Of a stretch of DNA of 64,000 nucleotides, positions 9,852 through 19,105 are shown in pieces. The notes beneath the pieces are model-generated. The model had not been told where the DNA came from, did no database searches, and worked only from the letters and a program-made list of their open reading frames with translations. A program made the translations under genes and the position numbers. The DNA comes from a virus. Where the stretch lies: positions 1 through 64,000 of the IMG/VR virus record IMGVR_UViG_3300045988_182734. One strand, 5' to 3'. Every line of letters begins with the position of its first letter. Position 1 is the stretch's first letter.

Positions 9852-10655
9852 ATGCTCGGCGTGAGTTTGATTATCATAGCAGCGGCTATAGTCTACATGG
9901 TCGAAACCTATATCAGCACCTATTACACTATCGAATACATGCACGGAACATCGCTGTTCCTTATCCTCCTTGCAAAATATGGCACTCTGGTTTTATTCCT
10001 GCTGCTCTGTGCCTACATTGTATATCGCAAAATACTCAAAAAGCAGAAAGCTGCTGCCCCTGCTGTACCAGAGCAGCCCACAAGCAAAGAAGAGCTGTAT
10101 ACCAACAAAATTCAAACGGCAGTAAAGACAAAAAGCGTCTTCTCAGAGCAGGCTGACCAAATGCTGTATCAGGTACGGCGCTTCGGGCAAAAAATGGCCG
10201 TTGCCTACAGCATGACCCAGGATAGCAAGACGTCCGGGGAACAAGCCAAGTGCCTGACGTTATTGGAATCCGCAGAACGTATCTTCTATGACCGACTGGA
10301 TGACGCGATTCGCTCGGCTTCAATGTTTGATGAAACGGAATACAAGGCTTTCTGTCAAGGCTCTATCTCGTTTGGAAACAAAGAAGAAGCGCAGAAAAAG
10401 AAAGAAATCTACAATGGTATCGTAAGTACCGTGGATAAGGTAGTTCATGACAATGAGCGCTTAATCCTCCGATTGGATTCTTTAGCATACGCTCTGAACC
10501 AACGTTCTACCCAGAATCCGTGGGATACAGAGGTTGTCCTCGCAATGTCAAAGCTCGATGCTGTCATTAACAAGACGACGCAGGATATTGAACAGGATGA
10601 AGATATCAGTCGTGAGGCTATGAAACGATATAACAACTTGAAAGGAGAAATTTAA
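9852..10655 (+). CDS. Membrane protein (2 TM) with cytoplasmic alpha-helical domain
   Basis: RBS GAGGTGA before ATG. Two hydrophobic helices, then a charged domain. Confidence 0.6.
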   Translation: MLGVSLIIIAAAIVYMVETYISTYYTIEYMHGTSLFLILLAKYGTLVLFLLLCAYIVYRKILKKQKAAAPAVPEQPTSKEELYTNKIQTAVKTKSVFSEQADQMLYQVRRFGQKMAVAYSMTQDSKTSGEQAKCLTLLESAERIFYDRLDDAIRSASMFDETEYKAFCQGSISFGNKEEAQKKKEIYNGIVSTVDKVVHDNERLILRLDSLAYALNQRSTQNPWDTEVVLAMSKLDAVINKTTQDIEQDEDISREAMKRYNNLKGEI

Positions 10656-10656
10656 C

Positions 10657-12351
10657 GTGACAAAAAAGAACATTTTCCCTGTAGTTGCAACCATTGCTGT
10701 GGTAGGCGTTGTTCTCGGAGTATTTTCGATGACCGTGATACGCGACTCTAATGTCAGCATTAGTACAATGACGTCCGAGCAGGCATATGCCAATTTGAGC
10801 AGCAAGATGAAGCGCATCGGCGTGCAGGAGGTCGAGGTCAATCCACAGCAACTGGCTGTCTCTGAATTCCTTGATGCAAAGGATGAACTGCCCGACATTG
10901 AATCCTCCTACCCATTCGTGGTCGTAGGAAACGGAGATGTGAACATCGAAATCTTTTCCTCTGGCGAGAAAGCGGCAGAATCCGGTTCCGATTCCTTCCT
11001 GACTGAAATGGCGAAGAAATTCAACAGCCAGCAAAACCGAACTTCAAATGACAAGATTATGAGTGTATCTCTGCGCTCAATTCCGTCTGGCACAGCGGCA
11101 GAATATATTTCGACGGGCAAATACCAGCCTGATTGCTATACACCTTCCAATACTCTTTTTGGTGAACTTGTGAAGAACGAAGGCGTGGACTTGACCGTAG
11201 AAACGCCGCGCCTTGCCGGTAACGTGGCCGGTATCCTTGTCTCAAAGAAAACTGCCGATATGCTTCGTTCCGATTATGGCGAAGCGTCCGTGAATACTGT
11301 GCTGACTGCTACTGTTGACGGCAAGTTAATGATGGGCTACTCCAACCCCTATACCAGCGCAACGGGCCTTAACTTCCTGCTTGCTGCATTGGCGAGCAGT
11401 GGAAGCGATAATATCGTGGATACCGCTGCGGTCGAGAATTTCCAGAAATTCCAGGCAAATGTTCCGCTGGTCTCTTTCACGACGCAGCAGATGGTTCAGT
11501 CGGCGGATAAGGGTGTAGTCGATGGGCTTGTGATGGAATATCAGTCCTACCAGAACGACCCGACGCTGCAGCGCAACTATGAATTTATTCCGTTTGGTGT
11601 GCGGCATGATAATCCGCTCTATTCTGTCGGCAACATCTCAGCAGAAAAGAAAGAAGTCATCGCGGCATTTATTGCCTTGTGTGAGCAAAATAAGAACATT
11701 GCCACGAAAGACGGCTTTAACGGGATGGATGACTATACTTATACCGGGAAAGAATACGACGGCAACATCATTGCCCAGGCACAAAGTATCTGGAAGGAAG
11801 AGAAGGATTCCGGCATCCCTATTGTTGCGGAATTTGTCGTGGATACTTCCGGGTCAATGCGCGGAGAGCCTCTCAATGCGCTAAAGACGGCAATGATTAA
11901 CACAATCCAGTACATCAACGACGACAACTATATTGGAATCATTGGCTTCGATTCGGATGTTCGTGAATATCTGCCCATCGACAAGTTTTCACTGAGCCAA
12001 AAGACGCTGTACAAGGGCGCTGTCAACTCTCTGGATGCAAACGGTAGTACTGCTATGTATGACGGCTTGTGTGTTGCAATGGACCGCATTTACAAAAAAT
12101 CACAAGAGCTTGGCGGCAATTGTACTCCCATCATCTTTGTCTTGACCGACGGCGAAAGCAATACGGGTAACGACTATCCGGGAACAAGGAACATCATCGC
12201 CGGAATGAGCATCCCAATTTATACGATTAGCTATAATTATGCAGCCGACAGCCTGTCGGAGCTTGCATCCATCAACGAAGCAGCTTCCATTGTCGGCAAC
12301 AGCGAGGACATCACCTATAAACTCCGCAATCTTTTCAACGCTGAAATGTGA
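10657..12351 (+). CDS. Membrane-anchored protein with C-terminal von Willebrand factor A (vWA) domain
   Basis: GTG start after RBS AAGGAG. MIDAS motif VVDTSGSMRGEP and TDGESNTG. N-terminal TM, middle solute-binding-like region. Confidence 0.8.
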   Translation: MTKKNIFPVVATIAVVGVVLGVFSMTVIRDSNVSISTMTSEQAYANLSSKMKRIGVQEVEVNPQQLAVSEFLDAKDELPDIESSYPFVVVGNGDVNIEIFSSGEKAAESGSDSFLTEMAKKFNSQQNRTSNDKIMSVSLRSIPSGTAAEYISTGKYQPDCYTPSNTLFGELVKNEGVDLTVETPRLAGNVAGILVSKKTADMLRSDYGEASVNTVLTATVDGKLMMGYSNPYTSATGLNFLLAALASSGSDNIVDTAAVENFQKFQANVPLVSFTTQQMVQSADKGVVDGLVMEYQSYQNDPTLQRNYEFIPFGVRHDNPLYSVGNISAEKKEVIAAFIALCEQNKNIATKDGFNGMDDYTYTGKEYDGNIIAQAQSIWKEEKDSGIPIVAEFVVDTSGSMRGEPLNALKTAMINTIQYINDDNYIGIIGFDSDVREYLPIDKFSLSQKTLYKGAVNSLDANGSTAMYDGLCVAMDRIYKKSQELGGNCTPIIFVLTDGESNTGNDYPGTRNIIAGMSIPIYTISYNYAADSLSELASINEAASIVGNSEDITYKLRNLFNAEM

Positions 12352-12364
12352 ATCTTCTTTAAGC

Positions 12365-12395
12365 TGTCCGCAATCACGCGGGCGGTTTTTTTGCT
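12365..12395 (+). terminator. Intrinsic terminator
   Basis: CCGC-aatcac-GCGGGCGG followed by TTTTTTT. Confidence 0.5.
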
Positions 12396-12398
12396 TTG

Positions 12399-12426
12399 TT
12401 GCAAAATTGTGCGAATTGCAGACAAT
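12399..12426 (+). promoter_or_regulatory. Conserved-family promoter (TTGCAA-16-GACAAT)
   Basis: Spacer AATTGTGCGAATTGCA. Confidence 0.5.
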
Positions 12427-12509
12427 CAGAGTTAGAAAACAGGGCAAAGGAGCTGAGTACCATCTCAAAGTTTGCAAGCAAAAAGCTGATTGAGCGAAAT
12501 CGCAATATC

Positions 12510-12977
12510 ATGAAAGACTACGGAAACGGCTATTCCATTGAGGAGCTTGCCGCAAAATACAGGTTGAGCGTCCGTACATGCTATCGAGCGTTAGACGACG
12601 CGAAACAGGAGGCCAGAATTCAGTTGGCGCAGGTAGAGGATGCCAGGAAAGCCGAAATCCTTGCCGCATACAAAAATAGTGTTCCTCTCAAGGAAATGAT
12701 TGCGAAATTTCATGTGACAGAAGGGTATTGCAGCATGGTTGCCGATAATGCCGGGCTCACTGAAAACCGTAGAAATGAGCGCATCAAAATTCGGCAGAAA
12801 CCCCGCAATGAGAATATCTTTCGAGAATATGAGAGCGGCGTGCCGGTGCAGAAGCTATCCGAAAAATATCAGCTCTCGGTTCCGGGCATTTACAAAGTGA
12901 TTCAAAGAGTCAGAAAGCAGAAGGAGGCGATGAGTCTTGCAATGGATTGTCAAACAAACCAAATCGAAGGGGTATGA
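12510..12977 (+). CDS. Tandem helix-turn-helix repeat protein (3 HTH units)
   Basis: Repeats of the form KDYGNGYSIEELAAKYRLSVRTCYRAL. Start is uncertain; the ORF opens at 12396. Confidence 0.55.
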   Translation: MKDYGNGYSIEELAAKYRLSVRTCYRALDDAKQEARIQLAQVEDARKAEILAAYKNSVPLKEMIAKFHVTEGYCSMVADNAGLTENRRNERIKIRQKPRNENIFREYESGVPVQKLSEKYQLSVPGIYKVIQRVRKQKEAMSLAMDCQTNQIEGV

Positions 12978-13575
12978 GTTTGCCTTCGATATTATGAAAG
13001 ACGATGCTGTTATCGGCCAGGCACACTATATCCCGAAAATGCTGCGGCAGGGTTATGGTATTCGACTGAATGATTCCAAGTTCCTGCTGCAATACATACC
13101 AGCTGCTGACGCAAGGGCATACATGCACGGAATCAACACGGAAAAGATTCTAAGACACCCTTTTGCCATCCGTGAGAACAACCGCACAGTGGGCGAAATT
13201 TCCGTTGTACACACAAAGACCGGATTTCTCCAAGGATACAACTCTATTGCGATGCAGCTGTATGGCAAGGAGTACCAGAGCTACAAAATCGGCTTTGGAA
13301 GAGAAGGCATATGCTGCCCCGTGTTTCTTGGCGGACAGCAATTTGCCCAAATCAACAAGAGTGCGGTAGTCAAGGATAATCTGGATGAATACCTGGTTAA
13401 CGCGGTCAATGAAATGGCTCTGCTGCCATCCGTTATGTTCGCCATTTACATCGACGGAATGTACTACGCAAATCGCGGCGTGTATGCGAAGGACGCGACA
13501 ACTATTAAGTGCGAGTACTGCCTGAATGAGGATGTCCTGTCTCATTATGACCCGAACTTCATCAAGGGGTTGTAA
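12937..13575 (+). CDS. Hypothetical protein
   Basis: 212-aa ORF, TTG start candidate. Overlaps the previous gene's end. Confidence 0.45.
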   Translation: MQWIVKQTKSKGYEFAFDIMKDDAVIGQAHYIPKMLRQGYGIRLNDSKFLLQYIPAADARAYMHGINTEKILRHPFAIRENNRTVGEISVVHTKTGFLQGYNSIAMQLYGKEYQSYKIGFGREGICCPVFLGGQQFAQINKSAVVKDNLDEYLVNAVNEMALLPSVMFAIYIDGMYYANRGVYAKDATTIKCEYCLNEDVLSHYDPNFIKGL

Positions 13576-13608
13576 TTCCAACGCCTGGCATTCACAGACA
13601 ATATCATG

Positions 13609-13636
13609 TTGCGGAACTGTGCGAATTGCAGACAAT
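13609..13636 (+). promoter_or_regulatory. Conserved-family promoter (TTGCGG-16-GACAAT)
   Basis: Spacer AACTGTGCGAATTGCA. Confidence 0.5.
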
Positions 13637-13675
13637 TAAAAGTGGATGAATTACAAAAGCTACAGAGGATAAACA

Positions 13676-14272
13676 ATGAGCTATGAACCCATTATCACAC
13701 CGGGCAGGAATTTCTTTCTTGTTTCAACGGAATATAAAGAGAGCTGCTCCGCCTGGTGTCGCAAGCAAATTGGCACGACACTGAGAACCTGTCAGGGACG
13801 AATTATCATCATCGATGCGACGGGCGAGTATGCGAACCTGGCGCTTGACCATGACAGACTAATTCGAGAAAAGATTCCGTCCATCATTTATCGGTATAAG
13901 TTGGTGGACGGGAAACCGTATATCGCTCACGTCATTGAGGTCGATACGGAAGCAAATGAAGCGCCGCGCCTGATTGTATACGATATCAGCCGAACCTTAA
14001 TCACCAGCTGGAAAGTCGGCGTGGAAGCCATCGATAAAATCCTGCAATCTTATGCCGTGATGCGGGACAATGAAATCGCATGGCTGTATGTTCCGTTGGA
14101 CCTATATACCAATGTCAAGCCCGAAAGCGAATCCTGGAACATTCTGGAACGAACCATCAAGGGCAATGAAGGAAAGCTCATGACAGTGCTAACGACCCGA
14201 AAATTCACCATCGGCATGGTTCAGCGCTGTTTGCATATGACAAAAAATAAACTTTTGGAGGATAGCAAATGA
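13676..14272 (+). CDS. Hypothetical protein
   Basis: RBS GAGGATAAACA before ATG. 198 aa. Confidence 0.65.
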   Translation: MSYEPIITPGRNFFLVSTEYKESCSAWCRKQIGTTLRTCQGRIIIIDATGEYANLALDHDRLIREKIPSIIYRYKLVDGKPYIAHVIEVDTEANEAPRLIVYDISRTLITSWKVGVEAIDKILQSYAVMRDNEIAWLYVPLDLYTNVKPESESWNILERTIKGNEGKLMTVLTTRKFTIGMVQRCLHMTKNKLLEDSK

Positions 14273-15156
14273 CCAATGAACAGCTGAGAATCGCATTAAC
14301 GGCAAATGCCGTTACCAAACAGACCCGTAACCATTTTGGGTTCAGTGACCCGTGTGGGAAGACTCTGGAAGAGTACAACAAATCTTCAATGCTTTGCTGC
14401 GTGACGGCAGCGCAAAAGATGAATACGCCGGGTTTCGAGCGTGTCCTTGCTGCACAGATTTTCCCCTGCTTCACCATCGGCTGCTGGAACCAGACGAAGA
14501 CAGTCTATGATTTTGACTACGAGTTCCAGAAAATTCTTATGGATACGGATGACATGGCGATTCATCAGGATATCCTGCAGCGGCTTCCGATTCATGATTT
14601 CTTTGTTCCGGTCTACGACAGCTACGACTACAACGGTATGTTCGTGCATGTGGAATTTGACGAGAAAGAGAAGACCACTGCTTTCGGCATCGTTCTTGTC
14701 GGCCCGGCCAAAGGCAGCCATGATGATTTCACGTTCCTGACTCTGCCTGCCTGGGCCAAAGAAAACCAGAGTTTGACGGAAGCAACTCGGAGCACGAAAG
14801 AATACCTGGAAAAGGCAGCCGGGCAGCGGCAGGTAAATGGTATCAGCGTACCGGCTGTGATGGAAGCAGTTCCTTCGGTCTTTGACGGCGGCACACCTTA
14901 TGTTCGCTTGGCAATCCTGTGTGCCTACTATCTCGCCAGTAAGAGCCCTGATGCCCGCCTGGAAACTTCCAAAAAGCGTGACCGCCCGGTATTCGTGTTT
15001 CAGGGAAAGGCACAGCGAATCAACGTCAAGACATATACCGTTGGTGAGAATGCGGCCAAAGAATACAAAAAGAATGGGGAAGGCAAAACTCCCCGCTGGC
15101 GGCATTACTGGTGCGGCAATGGCCGAGAACGTCGGGAATGCAAATTCATTTATTGA
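14269..15156 (+). CDS. Hypothetical protein, member of a paralog family (C-terminal WRHYWCGNGRERRE)
   Basis: RBS GGAGG. Paralogs at 52060..53136 and fragment 54098..54439 share YYLASK and (R)HW.HYW.G.GR.R blocks. Confidence 0.65.
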   Translation: MTNEQLRIALTANAVTKQTRNHFGFSDPCGKTLEEYNKSSMLCCVTAAQKMNTPGFERVLAAQIFPCFTIGCWNQTKTVYDFDYEFQKILMDTDDMAIHQDILQRLPIHDFFVPVYDSYDYNGMFVHVEFDEKEKTTAFGIVLVGPAKGSHDDFTFLTLPAWAKENQSLTEATRSTKEYLEKAAGQRQVNGISVPAVMEAVPSVFDGGTPYVRLAILCAYYLASKSPDARLETSKKRDRPVFVFQGKAQRINVKTYTVGENAAKEYKKNGEGKTPRWRHYWCGNGRERRECKFIY

Positions 15157-15173
15157 TAGCTTGAGGTAAAACT

Positions 15174-15881
15174 ATGGCTTCCCATACTTATCAGGACCCG
15201 ATTGGGTTCTATGAATGGTTCGATGACCTTCCTTATGCTATCCAGGATAGTATTCTAAAACACCTGCCGCATATCGAAGGCGAGGAATGGTTCATCGTCA
15301 TTATCTTTGCCGCTCTTATTCTAATGATTCTGGTTTCAGCGTATCTGGGCTTTGCAAGACATAATGTCAAAAAAACGAGTGAACGACTCAACGCTTTGAA
15401 AGAACTGAACAACACGACTGAATTCATGCCGGTCGAGGCGCAGTACCGCTACTATCTACGTTCTGATACGAAGCTGGAATACGAGGAGTTCTCGCTCCCG
15501 AAGTTCTTTCGCCGTGAAGTGAGGGAAAACTTCAAGCTGTACAATACCCTGCTTGGCAATGCTCGGGCAAACACGGTATTGTATGAAACATATGGCCGCG
15601 AAATCCAGGAACTCCCGGATTGGACAGAATCGGATGACGATTGCGGACGGCATATCCCGTTCTTTCTCTACCACAACATTGAGAAGGAGCTGTACGACGA
15701 AACTGTTCTGGACTGCCCTATAACGAGCCCTGAGTTTGTCTGTACGAAAAGCTATCTACCCAAAGATGCCAAAGAGCCGATTGAGACGGAAGAGACCTAT
15801 ACACTGGAGGAACTGGAAGAGTACATCCGGCGACTGAAGGTCGCGGCTGAGGTCAAGAAGAACAACCAGAGTGCAGGCTAA
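15174..15881 (+). CDS. Hypothetical membrane-anchored protein
   Basis: RBS GAGGT. One TM helix WFIVIIFAALILMILVSAYLGF. Confidence 0.65.
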   Translation: MASHTYQDPIGFYEWFDDLPYAIQDSILKHLPHIEGEEWFIVIIFAALILMILVSAYLGFARHNVKKTSERLNALKELNNTTEFMPVEAQYRYYLRSDTKLEYEEFSLPKFFRREVRENFKLYNTLLGNARANTVLYETYGREIQELPDWTESDDDCGRHIPFFLYHNIEKELYDETVLDCPITSPEFVCTKSYLPKDAKEPIETEETYTLEELEEYIRRLKVAAEVKKNNQSAG

Positions 15882-16086
15882 AAGGGTAGCGGCCAAAGGC
15901 AAGAGGCAAGACTCCGTGGCTGTCAGTTGCAGAACGTCTTTCCACCTGAATTTTACCAGCACTTTGATATTCTGCGGGTATTGACAAACAGCCAAAAAGG
16001 TGCTTGGGTCAAAAGTTCTTGCAAAAACGTACGATACCCGTACAATAAGCACAAATGAAATAACGAATGAATAGGAGATACATACC

Positions 16087-16695
16087 ATGAGTGAACAGAA
16101 TACCAATGCTCAGCTTGAAGCTTATCGGACTCTCGTTGCCGATTTCAAGCGCTTCGTCAGTTCTGAAATTCGGGCAGAGGAGAACAACTACCGTATCGTG
16201 GACATGACTTCCGAAGATGCCGAAATCGATGACCCGAGCGTTCCGGTGACTCAGCTGGAAGATGAAAAGGCGGAGAAGCTTGCCGGTATTTGCATGGACC
16301 TGTCCAACGCTACGCTGTGGCTCTACTACAACCGCGACAAGTTTGCGAACGTCGAGTTTATGCCTTTGAAAGAGGAGACTTTGAAAGAATACCAGAAGCA
16401 GGCTCAGAATGCTCTGAATGAACCGAAGAGCCCTCTGTATCTGAAATCCTGGTATCAGCTCATTGAAATGTTGAGTCAGGAATGTATCCCGCAGCGCTAT
16501 GAGGATGACGGTCAGCGATATACAGACGTCTATGTGAACGCCTATATGCTCATGTACCTGACCATGACCCGACTCAAGAATGGCGGCACCTTTACGCGCC
16601 TTGCAAACGGGCAGGGAAGCGATGCTGTGAAAATCACGACCATCGCAATGTACTACTTCTCCAGCCTTTTGACGGTTCTCTGCACTGAATATTAA
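16087..16695 (+). CDS. Hypothetical protein
   Basis: RBS AGGAG. 202 aa. Confidence 0.65.
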   Translation: MSEQNTNAQLEAYRTLVADFKRFVSSEIRAEENNYRIVDMTSEDAEIDDPSVPVTQLEDEKAEKLAGICMDLSNATLWLYYNRDKFANVEFMPLKEETLKEYQKQAQNALNEPKSPLYLKSWYQLIEMLSQECIPQRYEDDGQRYTDVYVNAYMLMYLTMTRLKNGGTFTRLANGQGSDAVKITTIAMYYFSSLLTVLCTEY

Positions 16696-16706
16696 AAAAT
16701 TTTTTC

Positions 16707-16745
16707 CCGTGTGAGCAGCGACACTCATGCGGGAATTTTTTTGTA
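16707..16745 (+). terminator. Intrinsic terminator
   Basis: CCCGTGTGAG-loop-CTCATGCGGG then TTTTTTT. Confidence 0.55.
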
Positions 16746-16754
16746 ATTTTCTAT

Positions 16755-16781
16755 TGTCAATCTGTGCGAATTGCGTACAAT
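16755..16781 (+). promoter_or_regulatory. Conserved-family promoter (TTGTCA-16-TACAAT)
   Basis: Spacer ATCTGTGCGAATTGCG. Confidence 0.5.
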
Positions 16782-16811
16782 GAAAAATATAAACTAAAAA
16801 TATATCTTATC

Positions 16812-16850
16812 GTTGTCCCGCATGAGTTGTTCGTGCGGGATTTTTTGTTT
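16812..16850 (+). terminator. Terminator-like hairpin ~35 nt downstream of the promoter (possible attenuator)
   Basis: TCCCGCA-tgagttgttcg-TGCGGGA then TTTTTTG. Related in inverted form to the 16707 hairpin. Confidence 0.4.
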
Positions 16851-16868
16851 GTGGAAAGGGAATGAATT

Positions 16869-17075
16869 ATGTACGGCTTATCAGAAGAAAGCTTAACGAT
16901 TGTTGGTGTTATTTTGATTGTGGTTGGTGTCGCTATGATTGGTTGGGAATTTGAATGGAATCAGGACATTACCAATGATAAACGGGTCGGAACTGTTGTC
17001 AGAGACATTGGCGTTATGGTTTTGGCAACCGGCATCATATTTGTGACACAGCGGGCAGTCAACAACCCCGCCTAA
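16869..17075 (+). CDS. Small membrane protein (2 TM, 68 aa)
   Basis: RBS GGAAAGGGAATGAATT. The 3' end runs into the conserved leader element. Confidence 0.5.
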   Translation: MYGLSEESLTIVGVILIVVGVAMIGWEFEWNQDITNDKRVGTVVRDIGVMVLATGIIFVTQRAVNNPA

Positions 17076-17420
17076 ACCGGTTCGCCGGTTATAGGCGGGG
17101 CTTGCGGGGCAACCCGTAAGCCCGGTTGATTAGCCTTGGTGAACGGCAACTTCGGTTGCTGCGAACTCCGTTATGCATTTGATGAGCAATCATCTTCATA
17201 ATATAGGCACCCCGATTATGCTCCACAAGTGTCGGGCTCTGCGGGCAGTGTATGTGTCAATGACGCAAACCGTTGATATGTATTACGTTAAAAATCTCTA
17301 AGGGTAGGAGATGTGCGGCTGCCATGCCGAAAGGCTAAAACAGTGCATAACATTGGCGAAGTGGACCACAGGGCGCAAGCCCTGACTTATAGTTTCATTA
17401 CTATTTAACGAAAGGAGTAT
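17060..17420 (+). ncRNA. Conserved ~310-nt structured leader element, copy 2
   Basis: Shared 5' and 3' conserved blocks with copy 1. CAGGGCGCAAGCCCTG compensates for CAGGACGCAAGTCCTG. Ends at RBS AAGGAG. Confidence 0.45.
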
Positions 17421-17425
17421 CTTGC

Positions 17426-17620
17426 ATGAGCACTTGCGTTTGTGTTCTTAGCAACAACGGTGAACGCTTAATGCGTCTCGAAGGTAAAACATACATTACA
17501 AGCGGGTGCCATAACAAAGGCACAAGACTTTTGATTCCTGCTAATGGGAAAAGTAAGTCCGTAGCAATTTCCAAAGTTCAAGTTGTTTGCCATGCGGGAG
17601 CATGGATACAAATCATCTAA
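17426..17620 (+). CDS. Small Cys-containing hypothetical protein (64 aa)
   Basis: RBS AAAGGAG before ATG. Immediately downstream of leader copy 2. Confidence 0.35.
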   Translation: MSTCVCVLSNNGERLMRLEGKTYITSGCHNKGTRLLIPANGKSKSVAISKVQVVCHAGAWIQII

Positions 17621-17873
17621 ATGTTGAAAGGAGGTAAGCAGGAAATGCTGTATCTTAGTCTTTTCTAAGAAACGCATTCCTCCCCACCTAAGCCTTACGG
17701 CTATAGATGGGGTGTCCTGCTCCATTATCATGAAACTTACAAGAGTGAGCAGGCAGCTCAGAATGCCCGAAAGCAGATTGCCCGGTGCGGTGAGACGGCA
17801 GTGTATGCCACAGTAGAGGAAGCCGAAGCGTGGGTCAAACAACAGAAGGCGGCAAGAACCAGGAGGTAATCAT

Positions 17874-18428
17874 ATGCGTACAGACAAGACGGCAAGCCAC
17901 GTTTGCTACGAGCTTGACCACGATGTGCAGGAATATGCGAAACGGCTTTTAGCCAAAAAAATTCTGCACGCGGTACGGCAGGACAATACTGCTTCATTGC
18001 CTGACGAAATGGCAAAAAAACTCTCCGAAACGGCAGTATTTCTGACCGAACGCCTCGCGCTTTTGTATGAGCTGAATTCTGGATTCCGAGGCATCCGATT
18101 CAGCACTTTCGGAGAACAACCTGCTGTTTACACTACCATGGTCCAGCACAATGCTCCGCTGTACGATGAGCTGATGCTTGGACGGGCCTATAACCTTGCC
18201 AACTACCTTGCTGCTGATAACGTGGATATCAAAGAATCTGCTTTGATGAAGCACAAGGTTTTGGCAGCAATTTATAGTGCCGCTGCACACATGAAAGGGC
18301 AGACTCCGGAGCGGAGAAAAATCTCGATTCAGAGCCAGATGTTTGTGTCTACGGCAGTTGAGTTGTTTGATAGCCTGTTGAGTGCAGCGACAGAGAAAAA
18401 GAACGGCAGCGATAAAAGTGCCGCCTGA
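17874..18428 (+). CDS. Hypothetical protein
   Basis: RBS AGGAGG. 184 aa. Confidence 0.65.
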   Translation: MRTDKTASHVCYELDHDVQEYAKRLLAKKILHAVRQDNTASLPDEMAKKLSETAVFLTERLALLYELNSGFRGIRFSTFGEQPAVYTTMVQHNAPLYDELMLGRAYNLANYLAADNVDIKESALMKHKVLAAIYSAAAHMKGQTPERRKISIQSQMFVSTAVELFDSLLSAATEKKNGSDKSAA

Positions 18429-18450
18429 GTTAGAAATTAGGAGAATTTGC

Positions 18451-18903
18451 ATGATTCGAATTAAGAAAGAGAACCACCGTAGTTGGTTCATGAGCAACTA
18501 TTACCCTTGCGAATTTGTGATGAATGGGATTCGCTACAAGAACGCCGAAGCAGCGTTTCAGAGCCACAAGGTCCCGCTGGAAGAGCGCAAGCAGTTTTCT
18601 GATATGCCACCGGCTTCCGCGAAGCATTTCGGCCGCCATGCGGCCCTTCCCGCTAACTGGGATGAAACCCGGGACGATGTAATGCGCCGCGTCGTAATGG
18701 CCAAATTCGAGCAGAATGAGGACCTTAAACAGCGGCTTCTCGAAACGGGTACGCAGCCTATTGAGGAAGACACGACCAGCTGGCATGACAATTACTGGGG
18801 CAACTGCCACTGCCAGAAATGCCGGAACATCCCGGGTCAGAATCGGCTCGGAATCATTCTCATGGAAACGAGAGATAAGCTGAAAAAGCAAGCGGGCAAA
18901 TAA
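18451..18903 (+). CDS. NADAR (YbiA/DUF1768) domain protein
   Basis: RBS AGGAG. Motif HRSWFMSNYYPCEF...RYKNAEAAFQSHK, typical of NADAR N-glycosidase / ADP-ribose-processing proteins. Confidence 0.7.
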   Translation: MIRIKKENHRSWFMSNYYPCEFVMNGIRYKNAEAAFQSHKVPLEERKQFSDMPPASAKHFGRHAALPANWDETRDDVMRRVVMAKFEQNEDLKQRLLETGTQPIEEDTTSWHDNYWGNCHCQKCRNIPGQNRLGIILMETRDKLKKQAGK

Positions 18904-19105
18904 TGCTTGCAATGCATTGCGGGTTCCATATAATTAAAACCGTAATCAAAAAGAACTATCTTTTGCGAGGACTCCGTTGCCGACGGTGTTCTCGTTTTCT
19001 TTTTTTTAAGACAAAAGGCTGCCGCCCAGTAATGGGTAGCAGCCTTATTTTTATGCTTGTGGCAGCCAATACGGCGGCAAATCACCTTACCGCGTTCAGA
19101 ACGAT

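Noticed and set aside
17646-17669. 7-codon ORF MLYLSLF after a perfect AGGAGG RBS
   Set aside because: It is too short to call. It is noted only as a possible leader peptide upstream of the start-less RNase-H-like frame.
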